DNA from: the human T2T-CHM13v2.0 reference genome, Homo sapiens
Length of the DNA stretch: 64,000 bases
Assembly: GCF_009914755.1 (NCBI RefSeq)
Contig: NC_060935.1
Direction: 5' to 3' (one strand)
Of the stretch, positions 15,218 through 30,914 are shown piece after piece. A model generated the notes under the pieces. The model had not been told where the DNA came from. It did no database searches and saw only the letters and a list, made by a program, of their open reading frames with translations. Position 1 is the stretch's first letter, and each line of letters opens with the position of its first letter. The translations under genes and the position numbers were made by a program.

Positions 15218-16181
15218 TAATAACAGAGTAGAACTTGCTGTTACTATTTATACCCAGAATTATTGTTTTTTTTAACAGCTGTAGCTTTGCTTTAATTCAT
15301 TAAATAGATGTGTATAACATATTGAACACACACTCTATAAGCATTCCGTTTTTCAGCCTTTTAATAAAACAAAAAAAACTTTTTTGAGGGTATTTGGTCA
15401 TAGATATCAAAACGTGAAATGTGAAAACACTTTGAAACAGAAATATTATTTCTTGAAATTTATCCCCCTCAAATAATCAGACTTTTGAATGACAAAATAT
15501 GCAGAAATTTGCTCATCATGGGCTTGTTTGTAATAGAATTACCTGGAAATACCTTACATGTCCCTGCTTAGGGACTGAAAAATAAGTTAGGCTGTGTCCA
15601 TGTAGTACATTCATTAAAAGTTATGTTTCATTCTTTACTCTTATTTTAACATAAAAATTTCAAGCATCTGTTTTACAAAGTACATGACATAAGCCCTATA
15701 CTCAGGGAGATTGTAAATTGGTTATGAGTTCGTTATTTATCAACTCCAAAAGATATCCACAAACTATATGTGTCATGTAATTTCATTTCTTAAACCCACA
15801 TACAGAAAAAGACAAAAACTCTAGAAGAATATGTTAGAAACTTTTTAGAGGTTACCTCTGGAAGGTGAAATAATAGCTAATTTTAATTTTCTAAATTTCT
15901 TTGTTGTTTAAATGTTTAGCAGTATGCTACAACATGTATAATACAAAATAAACTTGAGAATGTTTCACCTAGAAAAAGTAAATAAAATTGCAAAATTTAC
16001 ATAGAGCTGAGCAGAAAGCAATAGGTAACAAACAAGATATACTTTTAATTATAGGGGTGACAAAATGCTTGAAGGGATCAAATGTTAGTCATATCCTAAA
16101 AGCCTTGAAAATAAAAAGTTGACAGCCAGCAAAAACTGGTAACAATCTCTACTGATTTTATTAAAATTGAGTGCTATATAG

Positions 16182-16520
<339 letters not shown>

Positions 16521-16675
16521 GATAGCCACTTTTTAAAGAAAAACCTTCAGACTGTTGTTCTTCTAATTAATAATTTATTTATTACTGAGCATTCAAAACA
16601 GTTAACTCACATACCTAAACTTCACCAAAAATAAAGAAATAAATTTAGTAAGTAATTTTTAAGGAACTAAAAATA

Positions 16676-17060
<385 letters not shown>

Positions 17061-18034
17061 TTATAAATAATTATAAGGGTATCATTCCCTTTGTAGTAAA
17101 TACAGAAGAATTAAAATTATTCCTAACTGCAATTCTCACTTATACATTTTTAAGTTTATATATATGTATATAAATTTATGTGTGTGTACATATAAATTAG
17201 ACGTACATATAAATTAGATGTCTTAGCGTTTATAATTTTCAGGTTTTTAAAAAATTACCATTATGAATATTTTCTCAAGCCCTTAATTACTCTTCGAAAA
17301 CATTATTATAAATAGCTGTACAATATTCCATAATAAAATTCATCAAATCACTATTATTTACTATGTACCTATTATAATTGATTGTGCTATAAAAATTAAA
17401 TGATTTATCAGTTTTGGATATGTAATTATTTCTAATTCTTTACTGATATAAATAATATTGCAACAACAGTTGCTCACTCAGTATCTGTTCTTACCAGGAG
17501 TATATGAGAGTGTCCATTTCGCTCTACCCTCATTGAGAGGGAGGAGATTTTAATAAGTGTCTCATATTGCTATTTATGTCTTTTTTTGTTTGGTATTATA
17601 CAGTTAAGTATTTCTCAATACCAATATCCTTTTGATATTTTTTTTTTTTTTTGGTAGGGGACGGGGACTGGGTGGGATATAGAATTTGTCTTCTTTCTTG
17701 ACCAACTTTGTTATTTGGAGAAAAACAAAAAGTTGCTTCTGGGTCACATGATCCTAACTAAATGGGTTAAATGCCCAATATTTTATGATATGGTAAAGTA
17801 AAATCATGTGGCAACTTGCAAATCTTCATTTGCTAATATCATAAGGACATAACTAGATGCAGTATCAGGTTTCTTTCACAATCTCACTGTCCTCATAGGT
17901 GATGTGGCTATGGAAGTCATTTAGGTTATCTTAAACTTTTTAATCGATTCATTGTTCCCCGTATATTTCTGTTGCTTCAGAGGAAATGTTTCATTGAAAC
18001 TAACTCAATAACTGTCCTTTTCTTCTCTTTGCAG

Positions 18035-18090
18035 GTATCCGTAAACTTATAAACAATGGCTCATACATAGCAGCGTTTCCACCACATGAG
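18035..18090 (+). CDS. ANO3: ANO3 coding exon (56 nt, phase 1-0; probably exon 10)
   Basis: tttgcag|GT...GAG|gtaatt; (G)[18 protein letters not shown], the anoctamin AxFPxHE motif. Confidence 0.96.
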
Positions 18091-19760
18091 GTAATTTTGA
18101 AATACAGTTTCCGCTTTATAAACAAGGTTTTCATGCTCAATGCTTGGTCCTGTTGTTTGCATTTGAATCTAGCTGTCCACTCCCAGGAGGATTCAGTCTG
18201 CAAGTAGCCATGGGCCTTCTGTCTCCCCATTGTAATTTTGTGGCTGTGCACTGACTCCTCTGCCTCAAAGCCTGTCTTCAATTTGCCCCATACTGGGAAT
18301 CCCAGCCTTAGCGAGAACACTCCTGGACACTGTAGCTGCTGCCTTCTGCTCCAGTACAGAGCTCCAAGCTTGATCCAACTTGAGATCAGCACCATTCCAA
18401 ATAGAGGAGATTCCTGGTTTGTGCCTACTACTTTGGGATACTTGAAAATCTAAAGTCCACCACAAAAACCTATAGCCAATTACCTCCTCAATTATTTGTC
18501 AGATTATTACCTCCCTACAGGTTTTAAATAGAAATGCCTGCTCTAAGCTGCAGTGGGCCTTGTCCACTGTAAATGATATTTGAGCCAACTTTTATTCCCC
18601 GACCTCTTTCTTTAAGGCAATTTCACATTTTAAGGTAAGAATGGGGTCTTTACAGGTTTCACTTCTGAACTTTCAAAGACTATCACACTTCTATTTATAA
18701 ATTTATGACTGAGGACTCACAGTACATAATACAAGGCTGAGGAATTTGCAGTCTGGTACGACCAATAGTAGATAAAATGTATTGAGTACTTGCTATTGGC
18801 AGTGACGTAAATGTTTTATATGGATTGTCTCATTTAATCCTTGCAACAACCCTTTGAGATATACAATAACATTAACTCTGTTTTGTATATAGGTAACTGA
18901 GGTACAGAAAGGTTAGTTATCAAAGGCGCAGTTTTGAGCACCGGAAGCCAATCTCCAATGTTTATATTCATTATGGTATACATACTTATAGTAAGAATAG
19001 AAATAATAACAGGAAATATGTTTGTGTATTTAATGTACCAGGCCTTGTTCATGTATTTTCCCGTTATTCTGAACATAACCCTGGAGGGGTAAATCTTACT
19101 ATTCTTATTTTACAGCTGAAGAAACAAAGCTCAGAGAAATTAAACACTGTATCAGATAGCACATAATAAATGGTAAAGTGTTCAGAATGGCAAACTTAAG
19201 GCCCAAGGAGAACCTCTGTAGCAAAGGAAGGTTTAATTTGTTCTCTGTCTAGGTAATTTTCTCTACATAATTAGGCTGAGTTCTGAAAGTTCATTTGACA
19301 GGTTTTTTACGTGAAATTTGGGACTTATTATAAATAAGTTATAAGTATCATCTTCCCACATGTGCTTGTAATTTGGATGAAATATTAATATATGCAATAA
19401 ATACATGAAAAGAACACAAAACAATGTTGTTGAAATACAAGAAAGTAAATTAGAAGGTCAATAAAATGGGCTCAGGAATTTTCTGTTGATTTTAAATGCT
19501 ACTACTTGAGGTAAGAAAAATAAGGCTTATTAGGAGGAAAGTGGAGTCAATGGCTTTGACTCTGATTTGATTAAGGATAGTTCACAATTCTAGGCTTCCT
19601 TTTTCCTTTTCCTTAATGCAGGAGACAAGTGCCAATCTCTTATTTTTACCAGTGGTCGAGGTTTGTTTTTTACTTACAAAAAGGACAGTGGCTAGAGGGA
19701 AGAAGAAGAAATGTCTTGTGGAGTTTGGTGTGAAAAGGAAAAATAAAGGGAAAAAGAGAA

Positions 19761-19761
<1 letters not shown>

Positions 19762-19793
<32 letters not shown>
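19762..19793. repeat. (CA)n microsatellite
   Basis: direct reading. Confidence 0.95.
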
Positions 19794-19794
<1 letters not shown>

Positions 19795-20862
19795 GAGTTT
19801 GTCCAAGATATTGATAGAATTTATAATCCTATCAATTATGAATAGTGGAAAGAGAGGAAATGTGTGTAGGTCAGAGGAGGCCAGTCATGGGGATGGCAGG
19901 GACCACTGAGTGTACGTAATACTTCAGAAAGGCATGAAAGTACATGAGTGAGCAAGAATAATCACTTCGGTCCGTTTTCTCTTGCAGCCCACTGCATGTC
20001 ACTATCAGGCCAGAATGATGTCGCTGATTGAGATTATAGAGCAGAGTTAAAAAAAGATACCCTAAATATTCTAAAGTTTAGCATATGAAGCCCAAAAAGC
20101 CTTTTAATCTTTGGGCTTTAAACACCTTGAGCTAGTTTGGGAAGACAATTTTGGGCCTGCACTTAAATGGTACCTCCTTTCTTCCCTAATAAATGTATCT
20201 ATTTCATTAGGGAGCCAGGAGTGGCATCCACATGTCTCTCATGGCAACCTTGAGGCACCTGTGAGCCATGACTCAAGTTGTCTTCTTTCCTTATGGGAGC
20301 TCACCGTCCTGGTTGTCAAGGAATATTCTGATGAGCTTTGCACTTTTCAAGAGCCACAATATATCAAATGCGTAAAATACCTAACTCACATTAATTGCAT
20401 ACTTTCCATGTGCCAGGCACTTTATAGGTATTATCTAAGTTGACTCTCGTAAAACCCCTCTATACTGGGTATTATTATTATTACTTCTGTCATCTAGGTG
20501 AGAAAACTGAGACATAACTCCACTTGCTTTAAATTTTTGTCAAATTTTCATAAAGATAGAGCCATACATTGGAGTGAGGAGAAAGACTTTGTCATGTCTT
20601 GTATCTCACATTTTGGTTCAGAAAATATATAGTCACCACATATATTGTCCTCTTTTTAGATAATAAAAGCAGAGAAGTTCAGCCTTTAGGGAACACTCTG
20701 CTCTATAAGGCATATCATATAATCTGCACTTCCAAAATGGCAACCCATATGACAGATTTTTGAAAGAGGATATACAGAATTGAAAAAAAAATCCTTCAAT
20801 TTTTGGAATATCTTATCTGAAATAAATTTTAAAGATACTACCATGTTAAAAATCTGACTAGC

Positions 20863-22078
20863 CAGCTTCATTCCTGGGATGCAAGGCTGGTTCAACATAT
20901 GCAAATCCATAAACATAATCCATCACATAAACAGAACCAATGACAAAAACCACATGACTATCTCAATAGATGCAGAAAAGTCCTTCGATAAAATTCAACA
21001 CCCCGTCATGCTAAAAACTCTCAATAAACTAGGTATTGATGAAGCATGGCAACAAAAGCCAAAATTGACAAATGGGATCTAATTAAACTAAAGAGCTTCT
21101 TCACAGCAAAAGAAACTATCATCAGAGTGAACAGGAAACCTACAGAATGAGAGAAAAATTTTGCAATCTATTGATCTGGGCTAATATCCAGAATCTGCAA
21201 GGAACTTAAACAAATTTACAAGAAAAAAAATAACCCCATCAAAAAGTGGGCAAAGATATGAACAGACACTTCTCAAAAGAAGACATTTATGGGGCCAACA
21301 AAGATATGAAAAAAAGCTCGTCACCACTGGTCGTTAGAGAAATGCAAATCAAAACCACAATGAGATACCATCTTATGCTAGTTAGAATGGCTATCATTAA
21401 AAAGTCAGGAAACAACAGAGGCTGGAGAGGATGTGGAGAAATAGGAAGGCTTTTACATTGTTGGTGGGAGTGTAAATTAGTTCAACCATTGTGGAAGACA
21501 GAGTAGCGATCCTTCAAGGATCTAGAACCAGAAATACCATTTGACCCAGCAATCCTATTACTGGGTATATACCCAAAGGATTATAAATCATTCTACTATG
21601 AAGGCACATGCACACGTGTGTTTATTGCAGCAATATTCACAATAGCAAAGACTTGGAACCAATCCAAATGCCCATCAATGATAGACTGGATAAAGAAAAT
21701 GTGACACATATACACCATGGAATACTATGCAGCCATAAAAAAGATGAGTTCGTGTTCTTTGCAGGGACATGGATGAAGCTGGAAACCATCATTCTCAGCA
21801 AACTAACACAGGAACGGAAAACGAAACACCCCATGTTCTCACTCATAACTGGGAGTTGAACAATGAGAATACGTGGACACAGGGAGGGGAACATCACACA
21901 ATGGGGCCAGTTCGCGGGTGGGGAGGTAGGGGAGGGATAGCATTAGGAGAAATACCTAATGCTGATGACAGATTGCAGGGTGCAGCAAACTACCATGGCA
22001 CATGTATACCTATGTAACAAACTTGCACGTTCTGCACATGTATCCCAGAACATAAATTATAATAAAAAAAGAGAGAAG
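20863..22078 (+). mobile_element. 5'-truncated L1PA with an internal ORF2 deletion
   Basis: ORF2 RT peptide [16 protein letters not shown]-terminal HCWWEC, 3' UTR and A tail; perfect 14-bp TSD aaaatctgactagc at 20849-20862 and 22079-22092. Confidence 0.95.
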
Positions 22079-22467
22079 AAAATCTGACTAGCACTGGTGG
22101 CTGAGGCCTCTTATATTTTTTGAATGAACACTTACTCTCTTCCTTAGCTTATAAAAATGGAAGAAACCTTTCCTGGAACTGCATCACTTCTTATACAAAA
22201 TAATGCCCTGAAATTCTGAACTAAAGATTATCACAATTTCTCTCAATGATGGCGAAGATAGTGTTTATTAAAAGACCTTAAATTCCAAACAGTGAAGCCT
22301 AGAGTCTACTTTACTTTAAGCTAAATGGGTTCCATTGTATTTTTTAAGTAATTTAATAAAAGATTTTTAATAACTATCGGACTATTTTTAATGAAAGATA
22401 TGTAAAGGCATCCATCACATCATTCCAGCGATGGGCTTAAGTTTATCATTTTTGAAGCTTTCAATAA

Positions 22468-22833
<366 letters not shown>

Positions 22834-24084
22834 TAGGTAATTGGTTATACAGGGGATGGGAGAGCTGAGAAATCAAACAGGCTTTGCAAGGTGTCTAAGG
22901 GATGAGCAACAGCAAAAAATTACTAACACCCCTTAAGGGTGGAGAGAAATTGGAATAAAAACATATTACCAGAGCCCAATACTTATGTACCATTGCTAGG
23001 GCTTCCAGCAGAGAGGTGAAAGTGAGGGGGAGGATGGAGCCATGGAGAGGGCATAGAGAGGGAAAATGGTCCTGGCTTATCTCTTCCTTCTACCTTTGAG
23101 TGGTCTAGTACCTCCTGGCTCAACTTAACCAGAAGTAATTTAGAGTAAAACCTGACTAAAATGTCCAAACCGAAAAAAAGAAAGAAAGAAAGAAAAAAAG
23201 CCAGAAAGTGGATCTAAGAGCAAAGAGAAAAATGACTAACACATGTTTCACATGTTTGTATATATTTACTGTTCAACAAAGATCTACTCTACTTCAGGAT
23301 GCATATTCTAGTAACTGCCTTCAACTTGAACTAGTCTTGAAATATTGTTGTATTCACGATTTATATCATTTATTTTGATGGAGGATAACTTGTTTTTTAT
23401 TTTTGGAGATCATGAAATCTGTATTAACAAGGACTTAAGTCTTTAGTTAACTATAAATATTTATAGAAAGAAAGAAAAAGACCATTTATGTTAATATATA
23501 TGTTAATATTTTAAGCTGTTTATGAAATATAAACATCAAGAATAAATCACAGCTGAATCAGTCAGTGCCCCCAGTGTAAAACGGATGGACACTGAAAGGG
23601 GTACTTGTAGAGAATTTAATAAAAGAACTATATACAGAAGCATAAGCCAGGGTCAAGGGAGACAGTGACAGATGAGGAAGCTCCCAGGGACCAGCACAGC
23701 TGGAAGTTGCTATCAAACCTAGATCTTGAAGGGGCAGGGGGAGAAAGCATTTGGCAGAACCTGTCAAAATCTATACCATAAAAAGGATGGGTCATCTGAA
23801 ACAAGCTATGACCTTAGGAAGAAGACAGCCACGGCCAAACCATGGCCCAAGAAAGAGGAAGCAAGGGTAATAAACCCCATCTGTTTTATATTGCCCTCTG
23901 ATCTCCTGCTGGCACATTCAGTGGTTCAACAAACCCATCAGGAAGCCAGAAGAAAATGGGAGGGAACAAAGCTTATAGAGTCCATAGAGGTAGACCTCCT
24001 AGTGCCTATAATGAAAGGAAAAAAGTAGAATGTGGATCTGGAGACACAGAGGGTAAACATCCACCACCAAACGCTTTTAATTTC

Positions 24085-24542
24085 TTTTTTTTTAAATTAT
24101 ATTTTAAGTTCTAGGGTACATGTGCACAACGTGCAGGTTTGTTACATATGTATACATGTGCCATATTGGTGTGCTACACCTGCTAACTCATTATTTACAT
24201 TAGGTATATCTCCTGATGCTATCCCTCCTCCCTCCCGCCACACCACGACAGGCCCCAGTGTGTGATGTTCACCACCCTGTGTCCAAGTGTTCTCATTGTT
24301 CAGTTACCACCTATGAGTGAGAACATGTGGTGTTTGGTTTTCTGTCCTTGAGATAGTTTGCTCAAAATGATGGTTTCCAGCTTCATCCATGTCGCTACAA
24401 AGGACATGAACTCATCCTTTTTTATGGCTGCATAGTATTCCATGGTGTATATGTGCCACATTTTCTTAATCCAGTCTATCATTGATGGACCTTTGGATTG
24501 GTTCCAAGTCTTTGCTATTGTGAATAGTGTCACAATAAACAT
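24085..24542 (-). mobile_element. 5'-truncated L1PA 3' end
   Basis: ORF 24300..24542 resembles the L1 3' end; perfect 14-bp TSD acgcttttaatttc at 24071-24084 and 24543-24556. Confidence 0.95.
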
Positions 24543-24773
24543 ACGCTTTTAATTTCAAACATTAAGTGTTTCGGTATGTTCAGAACCAAGATGTTTTATT
24601 TCTTAGTCTGATGATCACAAGAAATGATCAGATTTTATTTTATGCAGATGGGAGAATTATTTTAGATATTATGAACACAGTGAAATGTGCTGGTTCACCA
24701 AGCTATATCTATTAGGAATTAAAATGAAGTTAGGATTTGCGAGCACACATTTTAGTGTCAATAGTTACATTTA

Positions 24774-24875
24774 CTTAGCTTATTTCACTTAAGTTAATGT
24801 CCTCCAGTCTTATCCATGTTGTTGCAAATGACAGGATCTTCTCCTTTTTTAAGGTTAAGTAGTATTTCATTATAC

Positions 24876-24964
<89 letters not shown>

Positions 24965-25385
24965 AACCATATTTTCTTTACCTGTAAGCCAAGGTAATAC
25001 AAATGCTACATAATCTCCTGTAAGGGTAGAATCTAAAAAGGTTGAACTCATAGAAGCAGAGGGTAGAATAGTAGTTACCGAAGGCTAGGGGTGGAGAGGA
25101 GGCAGAGGTTGGGGAGAAGTTGGTCAAAGGATACAAAAATTGGTTTAAATAGGAGGAATAAGTTCAAGAGATCTATTGTACCACATGGTGACTATAGTTA
25201 ATAATAATGTATTTTATGCTTGAAAATTGCTGAGTACATTTTAAATGTTACCATAAAATAAGAATAAATATGTGAGGTAATGCATATGTTAATTAACTTC
25301 ATTTAGTCATTCAAAACTATATGCATATTTCAAAACATCACACATGCAATAAATATGTACAATTTTTGTTGACAAAAATAAACAG
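24774..25385. mobile_element. L1MA-like 3' end with a 5' inversion and an internal (TA)n(CA)n microsatellite
   Basis: Minus-oriented segment 24774-24984 abuts a plus-oriented segment from ~24985 that continues the L1 consensus from the same point. Confidence 0.75.
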
Positions 25386-28041
25386 AAAGTATAAGTTCTC
25401 ATCTATAGAAGACATTACTCTTGCTTCTTCAGGTAATTCCAGCAAGCAGCCTTTATTTTCAGTAAATAGGTTTATTCAGCTACTATTACCACTTCTTTGG
25501 CTGATGACATAGGAGGATTTTTTTTCTTAAAAAATTATATTTTTATCTTTAAGTGGCTAAGGGAAGGAGTCTGTGATGAAATACTCACCCAAGAGAAAGT
25601 TTATGAAAGAGTATAGATGGCATTTGAACATGTTTTTACCCCTTAGGAACTTAACTTGTATTACCAAAATTTAGATGGTAATGAGGCAAACATGGATGTT
25701 AAACTATTTATGCATAGCATTTTCTACAAGGCCCATTTTTCTACAACCAGAAGAAAGATTGTCTTAAAATTTGTGACTACTTATTTTGAGTAAGTTGTTC
25801 TTAAAACCACACACTTTTGAGGACATGCATCTCTTATTGTGTTGCTTCCTATCTGTAGTGAGAGAAAGAGGGTGTTCAGAGTTGAATTTCCTTATACTCT
25901 TTGGTTATGGATAATGGAGACCCATAGGCACAGCCTGTATTGTCTCATGCTGAATAAAGTAGTTCCTTAGTAGTGGATGGAAAGTCAGATACAGGCAATT
26001 CCTTTTGTATATAAATAACCATTTCTGGACATGTGTCTGTGGTTTTTCCCATTTTAAAAATAAATTTAAACATTTTGTAGCTAAGGCCTATTTTAGTTGC
26101 AATCTGTTTTTCCATGAAAAATATTTGAAACTAAAAAGAGCACACATTCAAAATCATCAGCTATAAAACTTGCTTAGCAAAATTCTTGTATGGCAATTTA
26201 AAAAATTACACAATAGGTATTGGAGACATTTGTATTTGAAAACAATGTCACTGAAGGAAACAATTCTAAAAGCATAGATTTCCACATGGTTTCATTGTAT
26301 GATAGAAATTATTTCAGCAGCAGAATTATATCATTGAATGAAATATGACACAGGGCACAAATATTAAAAAAAAAAACAGATAAAAACAGAGCTGTGGTTG
26401 ATGTGTGATGGGGAGTTACCCAGTAGCAGCCCCCTCTTCCTCCCTCTTCCTCCTTGCTCTATTTGGAACACAGGAATCATAGAAGATTGTGAGTACCAGT
26501 GCTCTAAGGCAAGGACATTTTTCATTATCCTCTTTTACATGGCACCAGCTCCTTCTCCTGACACAGATCTGAAATCTACTTTTACGTAGGTGACTATACT
26601 TCGCCAAATAATATTGTTGCTTCTCTTAACCTTCAACAATGTGTAATTTAAAATATCATTATCTATATCATACTGATATAGATAATACTGTCTATATCAG
26701 CTGATTTGTCTGTGCAACCCTCTGTCACCAAAATTATAAAGGTCCTCTACTGTGTTAGTAACATGTGCTAAAAACTTTGCTCCACCCCACAGAGGAACAC
26801 TTGTTCAAACAAACAAATGTTTTTTTTTCAATACCTATTAATATAATAAGTTTCCATCTCACAGTAGAATACTATTATTGTATAAGAAATGAATGTTCTA
26901 TTGATCTGGGTTTCCTAGGAGAGAGAGATAAATAAAACGAAAAAAATGGAGAAGTGATGCTTGACAGATGATTATTCCAGGTCTGCACCCAGTAGAACAT
27001 GCAAAAGATTTAATTGGCACAACACAGAGAATGAAGCAGAAAGAGAATAGTTTTCAGAGAAGAGAAGGCTTGTTAAGGAAATATGACAAGAGAATCTTCT
27101 TCTTATCAAGAATCACTGCTCAGTGCAATATGCCCAAACGAACTTTAAAGTGCCAATCTTTATTGCAGGAACAAAACTGTGTGTGTTAAGTAACCGTCTT
27201 TAGAAGATGGAGACCAAACAGTGGTAAAGAAGTCAGGAAATTATCATTTTTAACCAGGCCTTTAATACCGGCAGTAGGTTAGGTGAAGAAAGCGCAACTG
27301 AGTAGTTATTCGAGCTGCCTTATTTCTCTGCCATTTCAATTTAAATGATATTCATCAACTAGAGGGGAATTAAACGCATTAACTCTCTTAGCATCCTTCA
27401 ATACTTCCTGTGATGGGTACTAGTGAAGCAACACACAGCTCTACCTTTTAGCAGCTTACAATCGTATAGGGAGGAAAAGGAATGGAAGAATGACTGGTAA
27501 TTGCCATACATTTTTGTAAGTTTAGGGACAGCATTAACCAGGGTAAGTGCCATGTGCTTTGGAAACTGCAGAGTTGAGCTTTGTTGAGGAAGATGTGACA
27601 TAATGGTGCACATTGTGTCTAGCATAAGGGTGTCTGGTGAAGGGTGCAGATGGAGAGGGAAATCTAACTAACCTGCTCTCAGCACCCACCCAGAGGGGAG
27701 ACCTTTTCTTAATTTTCATGAAAGCTATATGGTTTAGAGCAGCTCTGTGATGTGAAAAAATGAAAAGGGATGCTAGTAGGAAGATGGAGAAAAGCCAGGT
27801 TTATGAGCATGTTAAGAAGTATGGCATATACCTAAATACATGTGACAGAATTGCCCCATATTGAAAATGTTTAAAAATAAACAACATTACCATCATTGGA
27901 TTAATTAACAAGCAGGAGTATTAGATACTTTAGATGGAGCTGAGGAGGAACTGAGTGTAGCTTCAAGTTACCATCTGAAATTCTGACTAGGTGTGGCATC
28001 AATATTTGTAATATTGCTTATGTTGCCTTAACTCAGTCTAA

Positions 28042-28197
<156 letters not shown>

Positions 28198-30914
28198 TAG
28201 GCTATTAAGAGACCTATTAAAAATATTTGGCTTGTCTTCTGAATGGGCAAAAGTTTAATGATAATGCTGACTATAAAAAATCAAATGGTTGATGATACTA
28301 CAATTTAATTTATTTGCTATTTCTGTTTTTTGGCTTTTTTTTTGGTAGGAAGAGAACACAATTATAAAAGGTCATTTTAATACTTTTATTTGCAAACTAT
28401 CTTGAGTAATTTCTAAGAATGTTTATGTAAAATTCCTCTTTCCAGTATATACCATATAATTCAAAAATTTGATAGCTTTGTGTGATTTACATTTGCATAG
28501 CATTTGTTAGTCTAGAATGCCCTCTTGATATATTCATTCAAATCATTATAATAGCTATAATTTATAATTTACAAAGTCCTTCCAAATACCTTGTTTCATT
28601 TGCTATAACCTTCACTACCACCCTGGGAGATGCATAGCTCTTTTTGCACATGAGGGAACCTAATATACTTAAAGATGTCTAAATAAAACAATTATACCAC
28701 ATAAGTCCTGCTCTAAGCAACCTCCTCTACTCTCCTGAGTACGTGACAAAACATAACATACTTTCTACTCTATTATTAATCTCTGGAGGAACAAATATTT
28801 ATAAATTTTATTTAGCATCCACTTAAGATATAGAGATGGTAGTGAAATCGGATTTGACAAAAGTCAAACATATATCAAAATGGTGATGCTTCTGTTAAAG
28901 TTGAAGTGACTTGAGATTTGGAAATAGGAACAGCACATTGTTATTCAGCAAGGACAAGAGTCACCCTAGCATTAAATAATCTTAACAGCATGTTCTATTT
29001 AATATATCACGAGTATATTATCAACTTTGACTTTGTATGGTAAAATTCAAAATATGAAAAATATCTCTCCCCTTTCTTTCAAAGCTCAATGCTTTCTTCT
29101 CTTTTGGTCCATTTTTTAACCATGGTCTTGCTACTGAATACTGAACATGACAGTTAATGCTAAGGTTATATGCTTCATGAGATCATAACAATTAATTTCC
29201 CTGAATTTTCTTTAACAAATATAATATGTATATGTATGTATAAGTATAACAATTATGCTTAAAAACAAAACAGCTTTATTGTCCTAGAATTAAATTCTAT
29301 TCAATAACCAAGTTGCTTGATTTGATATCTCAAAGTCCCCTTGTTCTTCATGAATGCCAAAAGATAAATAGCATGAAAACAAAGAAACACCTACTGCAAA
29401 AACCCATTTCATCTAGTCTTGGGTTTATTTCAGAGTTTTGCAAACTCACTACCATCCTGCAAGGTAGCATTTTCCTGAACAAACTTCGGCCCACCGGAAA
29501 CATCCATCCTCCTTTTCGGCATTTCCCCGTATTCTGTTGTATCAGTAACATCCGGGGCTCAGAAGAAAGGTTGTGGTTTAGAGTTACAATGAATTGGGAA
29601 AAAAAAAAAACACTTTTAAGATAAATTTTAAAATATGGGAAATGATTCTTCAACAGCTACTCTTCAAGTTGGTCCCGTGAAGAACATATTAACAAAATGT
29701 TAGCATATGATACAGACTTCCCCACTCCACCACTACAAAGCTGAAAATGAACAAAGAGGAATGAAGGGAATAGATTTGCTGTTTCTATTGATTTATATAC
29801 CAATAGAGTAAATTAGGCTCTTTTTGTATGAGATAATTATTCTCTAACCTTCGGTACAAGGAGTGTTCTAAAAGGCATTAGTAAACTCTTTTCTTCAGTG
29901 TTGTACGGCATTATATTACTCCCACTTCTGTCACACTATAATTAAGATCCTGTCAGACTTTCTATTCTAAACCAAGATAAGCAGCACTGAATATCTTGAC
30001 TGAAAATTTGGGGACTGAAATTTTCCATTCAAGGTGTCAGACATGGTTGAGTTGTAGGTGTTATCATGGTGGGTGGGGGAAGGAGAGCAAGCTTTTATTT
30101 TGTGTGGACTTACGTTAGCATAATTTTATTAAACTCTTTTTTGCTTGTTGCAGGGTAGAAAAATGTTCCAAAGATGCAGATGTGGCTCTATTGATTATGT
30201 TTCTACCAGTTATGTCTAACTAAATTAAGATCATGTTTCTCAATTGCCCTGCACTTAATTATAGAAGTATATAACAATCAGGTTTTAGATGATTGTATAT
30301 ACATACATGTATATATTTACATGTATACACTGGTCTTACATAATCAAATATGGCCATATCTGTGCCTGGGAAAAGATACAGGAATTTGAAAATGAACAGG
30401 CAGACACGTGTGGCCTGGTTTTAAGGCCCTGGGTTTCAGAAACCAGGAAGCAGAGCTGAAGCCCCAACTCTCTGGCCTATTATTGCCTCTTCAGCATCAG
30501 AACTCACCAAGAAATTAATGTGGTTCTCAATATTGACCAGATTTTTAAAAGTCGTTTCTTAGAGGATTTCCAAGCCCTCTCTTGACACTGTCCTTAGCAA
30601 TAAGTTTCTTCCATTTATCAAGTGCCTGTAATGTGTAAAGTACATTGCAAAAATTTTTAATCTAATATCCCAGTTAGATATCCCCATACAAGATGAATAA
30701 ATTGATCCTTTAAAAAAAAAGTGACTTTGTCAGGCAATATATCTAGTAAGTGGTCAGCTAAGTTTCAAACCTATTTCTGATTTTTAAAATTATCAACAGT
30801 ATTAACAATTATATGATTATGATTAATATATAATTATTACAGAAATAAATTAACACAATTAATTAATGTTTTATTAATTTATATTTAATTATCAATTGAT
30901 TATTAATAAGTATT

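Noticed and set aside
18000-18465. 131-aa minus-strand ORF overlapping an ANO3 exon
   Set aside because: No domain similarity or gene structure; likely chance.
20879-22017. ORFs with RT-like and Cys-rich peptides
   Set aside because: Fragments of a dead L1 ORF2, with stops and frameshifts.
29313-29653. Overlapping ~100-aa ORFs on both strands ending near A12; possible processed pseudogene
   Set aside because: No recognisable protein; the 9-bp aagataaat repeat is not adjacent to the A run, so there is no convincing TSD.
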